Shown in pieces: positions 42,347-50,933 of a DNA stretch of 64,000 bases (position 1 is the stretch's first letter; the number at the start of each line of letters is the position of its first letter). The notes beneath the pieces are model-generated. The model made no database searches and was not told the DNA's origin. It saw nothing but the letters and a program-made list of their open reading frames with translations. A program made the translations under genes and the position numbers. This DNA comes from a bacterium (GTDB lineage: Bacteria > Actinomycetota > Acidimicrobiia > Acidimicrobiales > Bin134). Where the stretch lies: positions 2,693-66,692 of the forward strand of contig JAPPAP010000032.1 in NCBI GenBank assembly GCA_026705465.1. The letters are read 5' to 3'.

Positions 42347-44608
42347 CTAGCTGGCGGCTAGGGCCTGCCAGATGCGCTCGGGGGTGGTGGGCATCTCGAT
42401 GTGGGCCACTCCCAAGTGGGAAACGGCGTCGACCACCGCATTGTGGATGGCAGGGGTCGAGCCGATGGTGCCCGACTCGCCGATGCCCTTGGCCCCCAGT
42501 GGGTTCATCGGGCTGGCCGTCTCGGTGTTGCTCACCTCGAAGCTGGGCAGCTCGGCCGCGCTGGGCATGAGATAGTCGGCCAGGTTGGCGGTACGGGGGT
42601 TGGCGTCCTCGTCGTACTGCACCCACTCGAACAGCGCCTGGGCCGCGCCCTGGGCCACGCCCCCATGCTGTTGGCCGGCCACCAGCAGCGGATTCAAGAT
42701 GGTGCCGCAGTCGTCCACCGCCACGTGGCGCAGCAACTCCACGCCGCCGGTCTCGGTGTCCACCTCGACCACGGCAACGTGGGTGCCGAACGGGAAGGTG
42801 GCCCCGCCCTGGTCGAAGTCGAGCTCGTGGGTGATCACACCGCCGTCGGCCGCTGAGGCCAGATCGGCCCAAGACGCCGACTGGGCAGGCACACCGGCCA
42901 CATGCAGGCCGCCTTCGCCCACCACGATGTCATCGGCGCTGGCTTCCAGTTGCTGGGCGGCCAGCTCCTTGGCCTGGGCCAATACTTCTTCACTGGCCTT
43001 GTAGACGGCGCTGCCCGCGGTCTGAAGCGAGCGGGAACCCAGGGTGCCCGCGCCTCGGGGTATCTCGTCGGTGTCCGACTGGATGAGCTTGATGCTCTCC
43101 ATGGGCACGCCCAATAGATCGCTGACGATCATTGAGAAGGAGGTCTCGTGGCCCTGGCCATGGGCGCTGGTGCCCACCCGGATTTCCGCGGAGCCATCGC
43201 TCAGCACGTCCACCCGGCCGTATTCGGTGTGCAAGCCGAGCGGCGCGGTGATCTCCACATACGACGACACCCCGACGCCCAGCAGCTTGGAGTCGCCCGA
43301 ATCCCGCCGGGCGGCCTGCTCGGCCCGCAGATCGGCATAGCCCGAGGCCTCCAGCGCAGCGTCCAGCGCCTTCTCGTACTCCCCGGAGTCGTAGTTGGCA
43401 CCGGTGATGGTGGCGTAGGGGAACTGGTCGGCGCCGATGAAGTTGCGCCGCCGGATCTCGGCGGGGTCGATGCCCAGCTCGTCGGCGCCCACGTCCAGCA
43501 CCCGCTCCAGAATCTGGGTGGCCTCGGGTCGGCCCGCTCCCCGGTAGGCAGCGATCTGCGTGGTGTTGGTCACCACCGCGTCGGCCACGAACCTGATCTT
43601 GGGAATCTGGTACACGCCCTGGGCCATGGTCTGGGTGAGGATGGGCAAGAAGCTGCCGATAGCGGGATAGGCCCCGGAGTCGGCCAAGCAGTGCAGGTTC
43701 AATCCGGTGATGCGGCCATCGCCGTCGAACCCCATCTTGGCGGTGAAGATGTGGCCCCGGCCCTGCACCAGCGACACCATGTCTTCGGAGCGCGACTCGG
43801 TCCACTTCACCGGGCGGCCCAGATCCAATGCGGCCTTGGCCGCTACCAGATATTCGGGATACAGGCCGGTCTTGGCCCCGAAACCGCCGCCCACCGCCGG
43901 GGCGATCAGGCGCACGTTGTCGCCGTCGAGGCCGAAGAGGCCGGCGAACCCGTCCTTGAGGCCGATGGGGGCCTGGCTGGGGAAGATCACCGTCATCCCG
44001 CCTTCGGGGGTGCCGGGCTCTACCAGAATCCCGTTGGGCTCCATGGGCACCGCAGCCAGCCGCTGGCTCTCCATCTTCACCTCGGCCACATGGGCAGCCT
44101 CGGCCAACCCGTCGTCCTCGCCCAGCTCAGTGTGGAAGGCGAGGTTGCCGCCCTCATTCTGGGGCCACAGCACCTCAACGCCTTCTGACATGGCCTTCTC
44201 GGGATCGGCGTTGGCCGGTAGCGGGTCGTAGTCCACAAACACCGCCTCGGCAGCATCCATGCCCTGCTCGCGGGTCTCGGTGATCACGGCGGCCACGATG
44301 TCGCCCACGAACAGCACCCGCTCGCCGGCGATCTGCGGACGCTCGAACACCGGAAGCATGGGGAACCCGGCTGTGGCCGGCAGCCCGATGTTGTCGCCGG
44401 TGTACACCGCCAGCACGCCGTCCATGGCCTCGGCCTCGCTGGTGTCCACCGACTCGATGGCGGCGTGGGCCATCGGCGAGCGCACGAACGTGACGTAGGC
44501 GGTGCCCTCGGGAGTGAAGTCGTCGTAATAGCGCTCTGCGCCGGTCAACAGCCCGGGATCCTCGCGGCGGACGACAGAATTCCCCAAAATCGAACCAGAA
44601 CTCGACAC
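42347..44608 (-). CDS. Xanthine dehydrogenase/CoxL-family molybdopterin-binding large subunit (form-II-type motif)
   Basis: I chose the GTG at 44608, preceded by AAGGGGAAAA, giving VSSSGSILGNSVVRREDPGLL. The active-site region reads AAYRGAGRPEA. The track ORF's extension to 45145 overlaps the divergent esterase. Confidence 0.85.
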   Translation of the reverse strand: MSSSGSILGNSVVRREDPGLLTGAERYYDDFTPEGTAYVTFVRSPMAHAAIESVDTSEAEAMDGVLAVYTGDNIGLPATAGFPMLPVFERPQIAGERVLFVGDIVAAVITETREQGMDAAEAVFVDYDPLPANADPEKAMSEGVEVLWPQNEGGNLAFHTELGEDDGLAEAAHVAEVKMESQRLAAVPMEPNGILVEPGTPEGGMTVIFPSQAPIGLKDGFAGLFGLDGDNVRLIAPAVGGGFGAKTGLYPEYLVAAKAALDLGRPVKWTESRSEDMVSLVQGRGHIFTAKMGFDGDGRITGLNLHCLADSGAYPAIGSFLPILTQTMAQGVYQIPKIRFVADAVVTNTTQIAAYRGAGRPEATQILERVLDVGADELGIDPAEIRRRNFIGADQFPYATITGANYDSGEYEKALDAALEASGYADLRAEQAARRDSGDSKLLGVGVSSYVEITAPLGLHTEYGRVDVLSDGSAEIRVGTSAHGQGHETSFSMIVSDLLGVPMESIKLIQSDTDEIPRGAGTLGSRSLQTAGSAVYKASEEVLAQAKELAAQQLEASADDIVVGEGGLHVAGVPAQSASWADLASAADGGVITHELDFDQGGATFPFGTHVAVVEVDTETGGVELLRHVAVDDCGTILNPLLVAGQQHGGVAQGAAQALFEWVQYDEDANPRTANLADYLMPSAAELPSFEVSNTETASPMNPLGAKGIGESGTIGSTPAIHNAVVDAVSHLGVAHIEMPTTPERIWQALAAS

Positions 44609-44749
44609 GGTTTTCCCCTTTTTTGTATTGCGGTGATGCGAATGGGTGCCCCTTGGCAACCGGCCGCGAACAGATGTCGCGATTCGACAGGCCTTGGAGC
44701 GCCTAAACGCAGCTGTTATCGGGAGTCGGGAGGATGTTAGAACCACCTT

Positions 44750-45697
44750 ATGGATTTGAGCCAGCTTTACGACCCGGCCCTCGATGAATACGTGCCGGAG
44801 GCGTTGGACTTCTTGTCCCAGTTCTCGTTTGACTCGATGGTCAACGACCTGTCGACGCCCGAGGGATTGGCCAAAGCCCGGGATCTCGACTCGTTGGGCG
44901 GCGATCTCGTGTCCTTCTCGGCCGTGGACAATGTCGACGTCCGCACCTACACCGGCGCGGCGGGCGATGAGTTGGAGTTGCGGGTCTTTTCCCCCGAGGG
45001 CCCGGCCCGAGCGGTGTATCTCGACATCCATGGCGGCGGCTTCTTCATGGGCCACCCCAGGATGGGCGACGTTCGCAACCAGGCCATGGCCCGCACTCAC
45101 CAGATCGCGGTGGTCAGCGCCCAGTATCGGCTGGCTCCCGAGCATCCCTGGCCCGCCAGCCCCGACGACTGCGAGGCCGCCGCGCTGTGGGTGCTGGGGC
45201 CGGGACGCGACGAGTTCGGCCCGGCGCCCCTGCTTATCGGCGGGGGCTCAGCCGGGGCCAACCTGGCCGCCACCACGCTGGTGCGGCTGCGAGACCGCCA
45301 CGACGCCGCCGGGGAGTTCATTGGGGCCAACCTGGTGTTCGGGGTGTACGACCTGAGCGGCACTCCGTCGCAGATCAAGCTGGGCAACACCAGCTTTCGG
45401 GACTTGTACGTGGGCGACCACGACACCGAGGCCCGCAAGAATCCCGACATCTCCCCGCTGTACGCCGGCCTGAACGACTTGTGCCCGGCGCTGTTCACCG
45501 TAGGCACCCTGGATTACCTCTACGACGACTCCCTTTTCATGGCCGCCCGATGGCGGGCCGAAGGCAACCCCGCCGAGGTCGCTATCTTCCCGGCCTCGCC
45601 CCACGGATTCACCGTGTTTCCCACCAAGATGACCCGGGCCGCCAACGACCGCACCGACGCCTGGCTGGCCGGAATCCTCGATGGGGCGGACGGCTAG
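44750..45697 (+). CDS. Alpha/beta hydrolase fold-3 esterase/lipase (HSL family)
   Basis: Shows the oxyanion motif HGGGF and the nucleophile elbow GGSAGA. Confidence 0.8.
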   Translation: MDLSQLYDPALDEYVPEALDFLSQFSFDSMVNDLSTPEGLAKARDLDSLGGDLVSFSAVDNVDVRTYTGAAGDELELRVFSPEGPARAVYLDIHGGGFFMGHPRMGDVRNQAMARTHQIAVVSAQYRLAPEHPWPASPDDCEAAALWVLGPGRDEFGPAPLLIGGGSAGANLAATTLVRLRDRHDAAGEFIGANLVFGVYDLSGTPSQIKLGNTSFRDLYVGDHDTEARKNPDISPLYAGLNDLCPALFTVGTLDYLYDDSLFMAARWRAEGNPAEVAIFPASPHGFTVFPTKMTRAANDRTDAWLAGILDGADG

Positions 45698-45706
45698 CCT
45701 GCTGGG

Positions 45707-46180
45707 ATGAGTCTCTTAGACCAAGTGGTCCCATCGGCCCGACATGTGGGGATCGACGACGTGCCGTTCGTGGAGAACACCGCGCTGGGAGCGCGGATGC
45801 GGCTGCTCCAGGTCAACGCCGAAGACGGACTCTACGTGTTGCACGGCTTCATGCCCGCCGGCATGACGGTGCAGACCCACCACCACCGGGGACCGGTGCT
45901 GGCCTTCACTTTGAGCGGGGCCTGGGGCTACCGGGAAAACGACTTCATGAACCAGGGGCGCAGCTATCTCTACGAACCGCCAGGGTCTATCCACACTCTG
46001 TTCGTGCCCGAGGACAACACCGAGCCCACCGAATTGGTGTCAGCCATCTATGGCGACGTGGAATACCTCGACCCCGACGGCAACGTGGAGTACATCTCCA
46101 ACTACCAGTCCAACCTGGAGATGTACTACCGCTACTGCGAAGAACAGGGCGTTCCCCGCCCCAACGGCATCCTCCAGTAG
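45707..46180 (+). CDS. Cupin protein (ChrR-like / 2,4'-dihydroxyacetophenone dioxygenase-like)
   Basis: 157-aa ORF. TVQTHHHRGPVLAFTLSG and YEPPGSIHTL are cupin motifs. Confidence 0.55.
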   Translation: MSLLDQVVPSARHVGIDDVPFVENTALGARMRLLQVNAEDGLYVLHGFMPAGMTVQTHHHRGPVLAFTLSGAWGYRENDFMNQGRSYLYEPPGSIHTLFVPEDNTEPTELVSAIYGDVEYLDPDGNVEYISNYQSNLEMYYRYCEEQGVPRPNGILQ

Positions 46181-46203
46181 CCCAGGCAGGAGCCAGCCGC
46201 GGG

Positions 46204-46233
46204 CTCAGCCGGCAGTGTCTCAGCCGGCAGTGT
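46204..46233. repeat. Perfect 15-bp tandem duplication spanning the MFS stop codon
   Basis: ctcagccggcagtgt is repeated twice. The second copy holds the last four codons plus the TGA of the MFS gene (..DTAG*). Confidence 0.9.
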
Positions 46234-47458
46234 CGAGGTGATGGAGGCGGCCGCGGGCCAGCTGGCCGGCCAGGTAGGCGGCCACAACGATGGCGGTGAT
46301 GGCCAGCACCCAGCGGATGCCGATGACGCTGGCTATCCCTCCTTGCACCAAGATGCTGAGCGGCGCAGCCAGGCCGAACAGCATCATCCACAGGCTCATC
46401 ACCCGGCCCCGATAGGCATCATCGCAATGGCTTTGCAGCGCACTGGTCAAGGTGGGCATGGTCACCATGAACGCCAAGCCCACCCCGCCCATGGCCACCA
46501 CCCCTAGGGCAAAGGTCGGCACCACCGCCAGCACCAAGGTGAACAGCGCTACCGCAATCATTCCAATGGTTACGAGTCGGCTGTAAGGGTTTCCCCGGTC
46601 GAACTGAAGCAGCAGCGCCGCACCAATCAGCGACCCGACTCCGAACGCTCCCAGCAGAAAGCCGAAGCCGGCGGCGTCCACTCCGAAAGCATCGTCGGCT
46701 ATCACTGGGGCCAGCCACTGGGTGGGGGAAATGGCCGCAGCCAACATGAAGCTGGCCAGCATCACAACCCGGATGCCCTCGATGCTGCGGGCATAGCGGA
46801 GTCCCGATAGGAAATCAGCCAGAAAACCCTGGCTCGACGATGCTCCCGGCGGCGGCCGGGGCGGCAACAAGCTCAATCCAATGACGAGCACGGTGAAGCT
46901 GGCCGCATTGAACCAGAAGGCCGACGCCGCCCCCCAGAATTGGATGAGCCAGCCACCCAGCATGGGGCCCACCGCGCGAGAGATGTTCCACTGGGTGGAG
47001 TTCAAGAAGACGGCGTTGCGCATGACCCCGCCGGGCACCAGTTCCACCACGATGGCCTGCTGTACCGGTGCTCCCACCGACGCGGTGGCACCTCCGCCGA
47101 AGGAGAAAGCCACCAGCACCCAGAACGTCTCGGCGTCGATCTGCACCACCCAAGCCAGAGCCACTGCCACCACCATCTGACCGATCACCGTGACCAAGAA
47201 CAAACGGGTGCGGCTGTAGCGGTCGGCCAGCGATCCCCCGAACGGGCTCATTAACAGCAGGGGCACGAGTCCCACGATGGCCGCCACTGTCACTTTCCAG
47301 GGATCGTCGGTGATGTCCTCCACCAGCCAGCCGATGGCGGCCAGGTACATGATCGACCCGACGTTCGACACCACGCTGGTGGTCCAGTACAGGCGGTAGT
47401 CCCGATAGCCCAGCGCCTGCACTGACACCGGCACCCGCCAATCAGGACCCTCGATCAC
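46220..47458 (-). CDS. MFS transporter
   Basis: 412-aa ORF with about 12 hydrophobic segments and a GGSLADRYSR loop motif. Confidence 0.8.
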   Translation of the reverse strand: MIEGPDWRVPVSVQALGYRDYRLYWTTSVVSNVGSIMYLAAIGWLVEDITDDPWKVTVAAIVGLVPLLLMSPFGGSLADRYSRTRLFLVTVIGQMVVAVALAWVVQIDAETFWVLVAFSFGGGATASVGAPVQQAIVVELVPGGVMRNAVFLNSTQWNISRAVGPMLGGWLIQFWGAASAFWFNAASFTVLVIGLSLLPPRPPPGASSSQGFLADFLSGLRYARSIEGIRVVMLASFMLAAAISPTQWLAPVIADDAFGVDAAGFGFLLGAFGVGSLIGAALLLQFDRGNPYSRLVTIGMIAVALFTLVLAVVPTFALGVVAMGGVGLAFMVTMPTLTSALQSHCDDAYRGRVMSLWMMLFGLAAPLSILVQGGIASVIGIRWVLAITAIVVAAYLAGQLARGRLHHLDTAG

Positions 47459-47515
47459 CCGCTCTTTCTACTCCCCCGCCCCCGCCCGGCCGATATCCGG
47501 GTGGTCAGGGGGAAA

Positions 47516-49234
47516 TCAGGGACCGGCGGCGCTCACCGTGTCGGTGTCGCGGCCCGAGCGGATCACGGTGCCGGGCCGGGCCTCGGTGAGAACACCGGCC
47601 CGCTGGGTTTCCACCCCGTTCACCAGCACGTGCTCGATACCCTCGGCGCCACCGGTCAGCCGCCATCCCCCGCCGGGCATGTCCCAGGCGGTGGTAACCG
47701 GGGCCTTGGTGAGGCGGGACGGGTCGAACACTACGATGTCGGCGCACCAGCCCTCGGCCAGCCGCCCTCGGCCCCGAAGCCCGTAGTGGCGGGCCGGTCG
47801 GTCGGTCACCAAGTTCACCGCCTGCTCCAAGCTGAGGAGTCCTCGATCCCGCACCGTGTCGCCCACCAGCGCCGAAGTGCAGCCCCAAGTCATCATCATG
47901 TCCAGATGGGCTCCGGCATCAGAGCCCCCCGCCAGCACTCGGGGGTCGCCCAGCATCTCGGCCCGCTTCTTCCACGACTCGTCGTCGTCGCCCACCACCG
48001 GCGGTCCGAACCCGGTCATCAGGTCGTCTTCCAGTGAGACGTCGCACATCACATCGAATGGCTCCTGGCCCCGCTCCGCGGCCAGGTCGCCGATGGTGCG
48101 CCCCACCAGCGCCTCCAACGAGGGGGAGGACACGTCCACCACTGTGGTCTCGGCCCACCGCACCCAGGTGCGGTGAGACGCCTGGGCCGCGCCGTCCACC
48201 AGCCGCTGGCGCACCTCGGGACGGGCCAAGGCCTCAACCTTTGCGGCGTGGTCCAGATGCATGATCTCGGCCCAGTCGGGCAGGGTGTCATACAGCACCC
48301 CGGTGGCGAAGTTCAATCGCATCTGCATGACATCGGGCAGCATGAGCCCTACCACGGTGGCGCCCTGCTGTCGGGCGTAGTCGGCGGACCCTAGGCGGTT
48401 CTCCAGGTAGTCATCCTCGCCGGGCCGCACGTTGAACAGGTTCCAGTTCATCGGACGATCAGCGGCCAGCACCATGGCGGTCATCAATTCGTACGCCTCT
48501 GGCGACCACAAGTAGTCGATGCTGGGAATGATCTCCAGGGTGGTGCCGGGGTAATCCCGGCAAACCCCGGCCAGCGCCACCATCTCGGCGTCGGTGGCCG
48601 ACCGAGACGGCACCGGGTCGCCGTTGTGGTCGTTGTGGGCCGACGCCCTGGTAGTGGAGAAACCCAAACCGCCCTCGGCCAGGCTCCGGGCCAGCAGCGA
48701 CTTCATGGCCTCGAGCTGCCCGTCGCTAGCTTCCTCGCCCACCGCGGCCGATCCCATCGCCAGGCGGCGCACCGTGCTGTGGCCCACCAGAAACCCGGCG
48801 TTAACGCCCAAACCGTTGCCCTCCAGGCGATCCAACCAAGACCCGAACGACGACCACCCGAAGTCCAGCCCCGCCTCCAGCGACTCGGTGGGCATGCCCT
48901 CCACCCGGGCCAGCATCCGCATCACGTAGTCAGCCTCGTCGGGGACCATCGGAGCGATGGTGAACCCACAGTTCCCACCAATGGCAGTGGTGATCCCGTG
49001 CAGCGACGTCGGAGTGAGGTGGGGATCCCACAGCACTTGGGCGTCGTAATGGGTGTGGACGTCGATGAACCCCGGGGCCACCGCCAACCCGTCGGCATCG
49101 ATCACCTGGCTGGCGGCCTCATCCGACTGCCCGATGGACACAATGCGACCATCTCGCACGCCCACGTCGGCCACTCGACCCGGCGCTCCGGTGCCATCGA
49201 CCACCAACCCGCCTCGAATCACACAATCCAACAT
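47516..49234 (-). CDS. N-acyl-D-amino-acid deacylase (D-aminoacylase) family amidohydrolase
   Basis: Shows the N-terminus IRGGLVVDGTGAP..DVGVRDGRI and GFIDVHTHYD. Confidence 0.8.
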   Translation of the reverse strand: MLDCVIRGGLVVDGTGAPGRVADVGVRDGRIVSIGQSDEAASQVIDADGLAVAPGFIDVHTHYDAQVLWDPHLTPTSLHGITTAIGGNCGFTIAPMVPDEADYVMRMLARVEGMPTESLEAGLDFGWSSFGSWLDRLEGNGLGVNAGFLVGHSTVRRLAMGSAAVGEEASDGQLEAMKSLLARSLAEGGLGFSTTRASAHNDHNGDPVPSRSATDAEMVALAGVCRDYPGTTLEIIPSIDYLWSPEAYELMTAMVLAADRPMNWNLFNVRPGEDDYLENRLGSADYARQQGATVVGLMLPDVMQMRLNFATGVLYDTLPDWAEIMHLDHAAKVEALARPEVRQRLVDGAAQASHRTWVRWAETTVVDVSSPSLEALVGRTIGDLAAERGQEPFDVMCDVSLEDDLMTGFGPPVVGDDDESWKKRAEMLGDPRVLAGGSDAGAHLDMMMTWGCTSALVGDTVRDRGLLSLEQAVNLVTDRPARHYGLRGRGRLAEGWCADIVVFDPSRLTKAPVTTAWDMPGGGWRLTGGAEGIEHVLVNGVETQRAGVLTEARPGTVIRSGRDTDTVSAAGP

Positions 49235-49360
49235 GGCCTACCCCTGCGCTATCGTCGTTTTCCAGCCCAATGGGCTCATTAGTGGTCTACTACCCCCCTA
49301 CCGTATCCGAGACTCTCGACTGGAGTTTCTGGTCCCGCTTGCCTACAGCCCTCTTCACCA

Positions 49361-49400
49361 AAGAGTTACTATATATTTCATGTAATTTCCATTTATTGGG
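49361..49400. promoter_or_regulatory. AT-rich patch in a divergent intergenic region (possible promoter/UP region)
   Basis: The stretch aagagttactatatatttcatgtaatttccatttattggg has 10 G/C in 40 nt by hand count, in an otherwise high-GC window. It lies 36 nt upstream of the small ORF at 49436. Confidence 0.3.
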
Positions 49401-49435
49401 TTGCAGTCTGGCACGGCGGTAGCTAGGGTCAGAAA

Positions 49436-49720
49436 ATGAGCATTGAGGTGATCGCTCAGGTAGCGACAGTGGCGTTGGCTGTGCTCGCCATCATCTGGCA
49501 TCAGCAGCGGTCCACCGACAAGCTCCGCGACGACTTCAGCCAAGCCACCGACAAGCTCCGCGACGACTTCAGCCAAGCCACCGACAAGCTCCAGACGGGA
49601 CTAGCAGCGAACGGCCAGCGGTTAGCCCGCATCGAAGGGTTTCTCGGCATCGGCATGCCGACGGCAGTCGCTGACAAGGCCGCAGGTGCAGAGGTAGCAC
49701 AGCCCCCCACCCCTGGCTGA
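49436..49720 (+). CDS. Small N-terminally membrane-anchored protein with 11-residue tandem repeats (function unknown)
   Basis: 94-aa ORF. It has a hydrophobic N-terminus (VIAQVATVALAVLAIIW), then TDKLRDDFSQA x2.5, then LARIEGFLG. I did not recognise a family. Confidence 0.45.
   Translation: MSIEVIAQVATVALAVLAIIWHQQRSTDKLRDDFSQATDKLRDDFSQATDKLQTGLAANGQRLARIEGFLGIGMPTAVADKAAGAEVAQPPTPG
49512..49592 (+). repeat. 33-bp perfect tandem repeat, about 2.45 copies, inside the small ORF
   Basis: ccaccgacaagctccgcgacgacttcagccaag occurs at 49512 and 49545. A third partial copy starts at 49578. Confidence 0.9.
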
Positions 49721-49753
49721 GCCAACCTCTCACTTGCTGGCCAAACTAGTGGC

Positions 49754-50926
49754 GTGTCCCCAAGTCGTTCAGAATCGGCAACTCTTGTGACCAGGCGACG
49801 GATTGCTGTCGTTGGAGCGGGCTGGACGGGTGCGGTGGCCGGACGCCTGCTCACCGACGCTGGGTTCGCGGTGGAGGTGATGGAGAAAACCGGCGTGGTG
49901 GGCGGACACTCTCGGGCCGAGACCATGAACGGGGTGGTGTACGAGCCCAACGGTGCCCACATCTTCCACACCTCCAACGCCGCCGTGAACAAGTTTGTGA
50001 ATGCCCACGGCCTCAACCGGCCCTACGACCACAAGGTGCTCACCGAGGTATTCCTGTCGCCCGACGATGATGACCATGAAGGTCTCCTGCTGTCGTGGCC
50101 CCCACAGGTGGCGGAACTGAGGGATTTGCCGATATGGCCGACCGTGGAGCGGGAGCTGGCCTCGCTTCCGTCTGAGCCCACCGGCGAGAACTTCGAGGAC
50201 TACGTGGTGTCGATGATGGGCCGCACCCTCTATGACCTGTTCATACGGGACTACACCGCCAAGCAATGGGGCCGTCCGGCCACCGAGCTCTCAGCTCGTT
50301 TCGCCCCCAAGCGGGTGGAGCTGCGTCATGACGGCCACCGGGGGCTCTTCCGGGACCGGTGGCAGTACTTCCCGGCCAACGGCATCAACGAGGTGATCGA
50401 GTCGGTGCTGTCCACCGTGGCGATCACGCTGAACACCGAGGTCACCGTGGACGACGCCGACCGCCTCGGTCAGGACTACGACGCGGTGATCGTCACCGCG
50501 GCGCTGGACGACTTCGCCCGTTGTCCCGGAGAGCTGGAGTGGCGGGGCATCGAAATGGTGTCCCACTACCACCCGGCCGACGAACCCAGCGGTGTTGTCA
50601 CCCCGGCGTACGTCACCAACCGCCCATCGACCCGGGTGGCCTACACCCGCACGGTGGAAACCAAGCACGCCACGGGGCAGCAGATCACTGGCACCGTGGT
50701 AAGCGAGGAGATGCCCGGCGCCCCCCGACGCCACTATCCGGTGCTGACCGCCGACGGAGCCAACGAGCGCCGGAACACCGAGCTGGCCGAGAAGATCGCC
50801 GAGCAATTCAATGTCCCGGTGTACTTCGCCGGACGGCTGGCCACCTACCGCTACATCAACCAGGACGAGGCCATCGCCGATGCCATCGCCGTAGCCGACC
50901 GCGTCGTGGCCGATTTTGGGGAGTAG
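49754..50926 (+). CDS. glf: UDP-galactopyranose mutase family flavoprotein
   Basis: Shows VVGAGWTGAV, NGAHIFHT, YTAKQWG and GRLATYRYINQDEAI. The start is a GTG. Confidence 0.75.
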   Translation: MSPSRSESATLVTRRRIAVVGAGWTGAVAGRLLTDAGFAVEVMEKTGVVGGHSRAETMNGVVYEPNGAHIFHTSNAAVNKFVNAHGLNRPYDHKVLTEVFLSPDDDDHEGLLLSWPPQVAELRDLPIWPTVERELASLPSEPTGENFEDYVVSMMGRTLYDLFIRDYTAKQWGRPATELSARFAPKRVELRHDGHRGLFRDRWQYFPANGINEVIESVLSTVAITLNTEVTVDDADRLGQDYDAVIVTAALDDFARCPGELEWRGIEMVSHYHPADEPSGVVTPAYVTNRPSTRVAYTRTVETKHATGQQITGTVVSEEMPGAPRRHYPVLTADGANERRNTELAEKIAEQFNVPVYFAGRLATYRYINQDEAIADAIAVADRVVADFGE

Positions 50927-50933
50927 CGGGCGA

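Noticed and set aside
44609-45145. N-terminal extension of track ORF 42347..45145, which would give a 932-aa CoxL.
   Set aside because: The extension overlaps the divergent esterase gene and has no CoxL homology by eye. The conserved CoxL N-terminus (ILGNSVVRREDP) begins right after the GTG at 44608, which has an upstream purine-rich RBS.
49235-49435. The AT-rich spacer as a tRNA, att site or mobile-element boundary.
   Set aside because: I could not find a cloverleaf-compatible sequence, flanking direct repeats, or any integrase or transposase ORF nearby. I kept it only as a compositional anomaly.
49512-49592. Tandem repeats (also 24273..24314 and 46204..46233) as possible CRISPR or minisatellite arrays.
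   Set aside because: They are directly abutting units with no spacers and at most 2.5 copies. Two of them lie inside coding frames, and no cas genes are present. They are simple slippage duplications.
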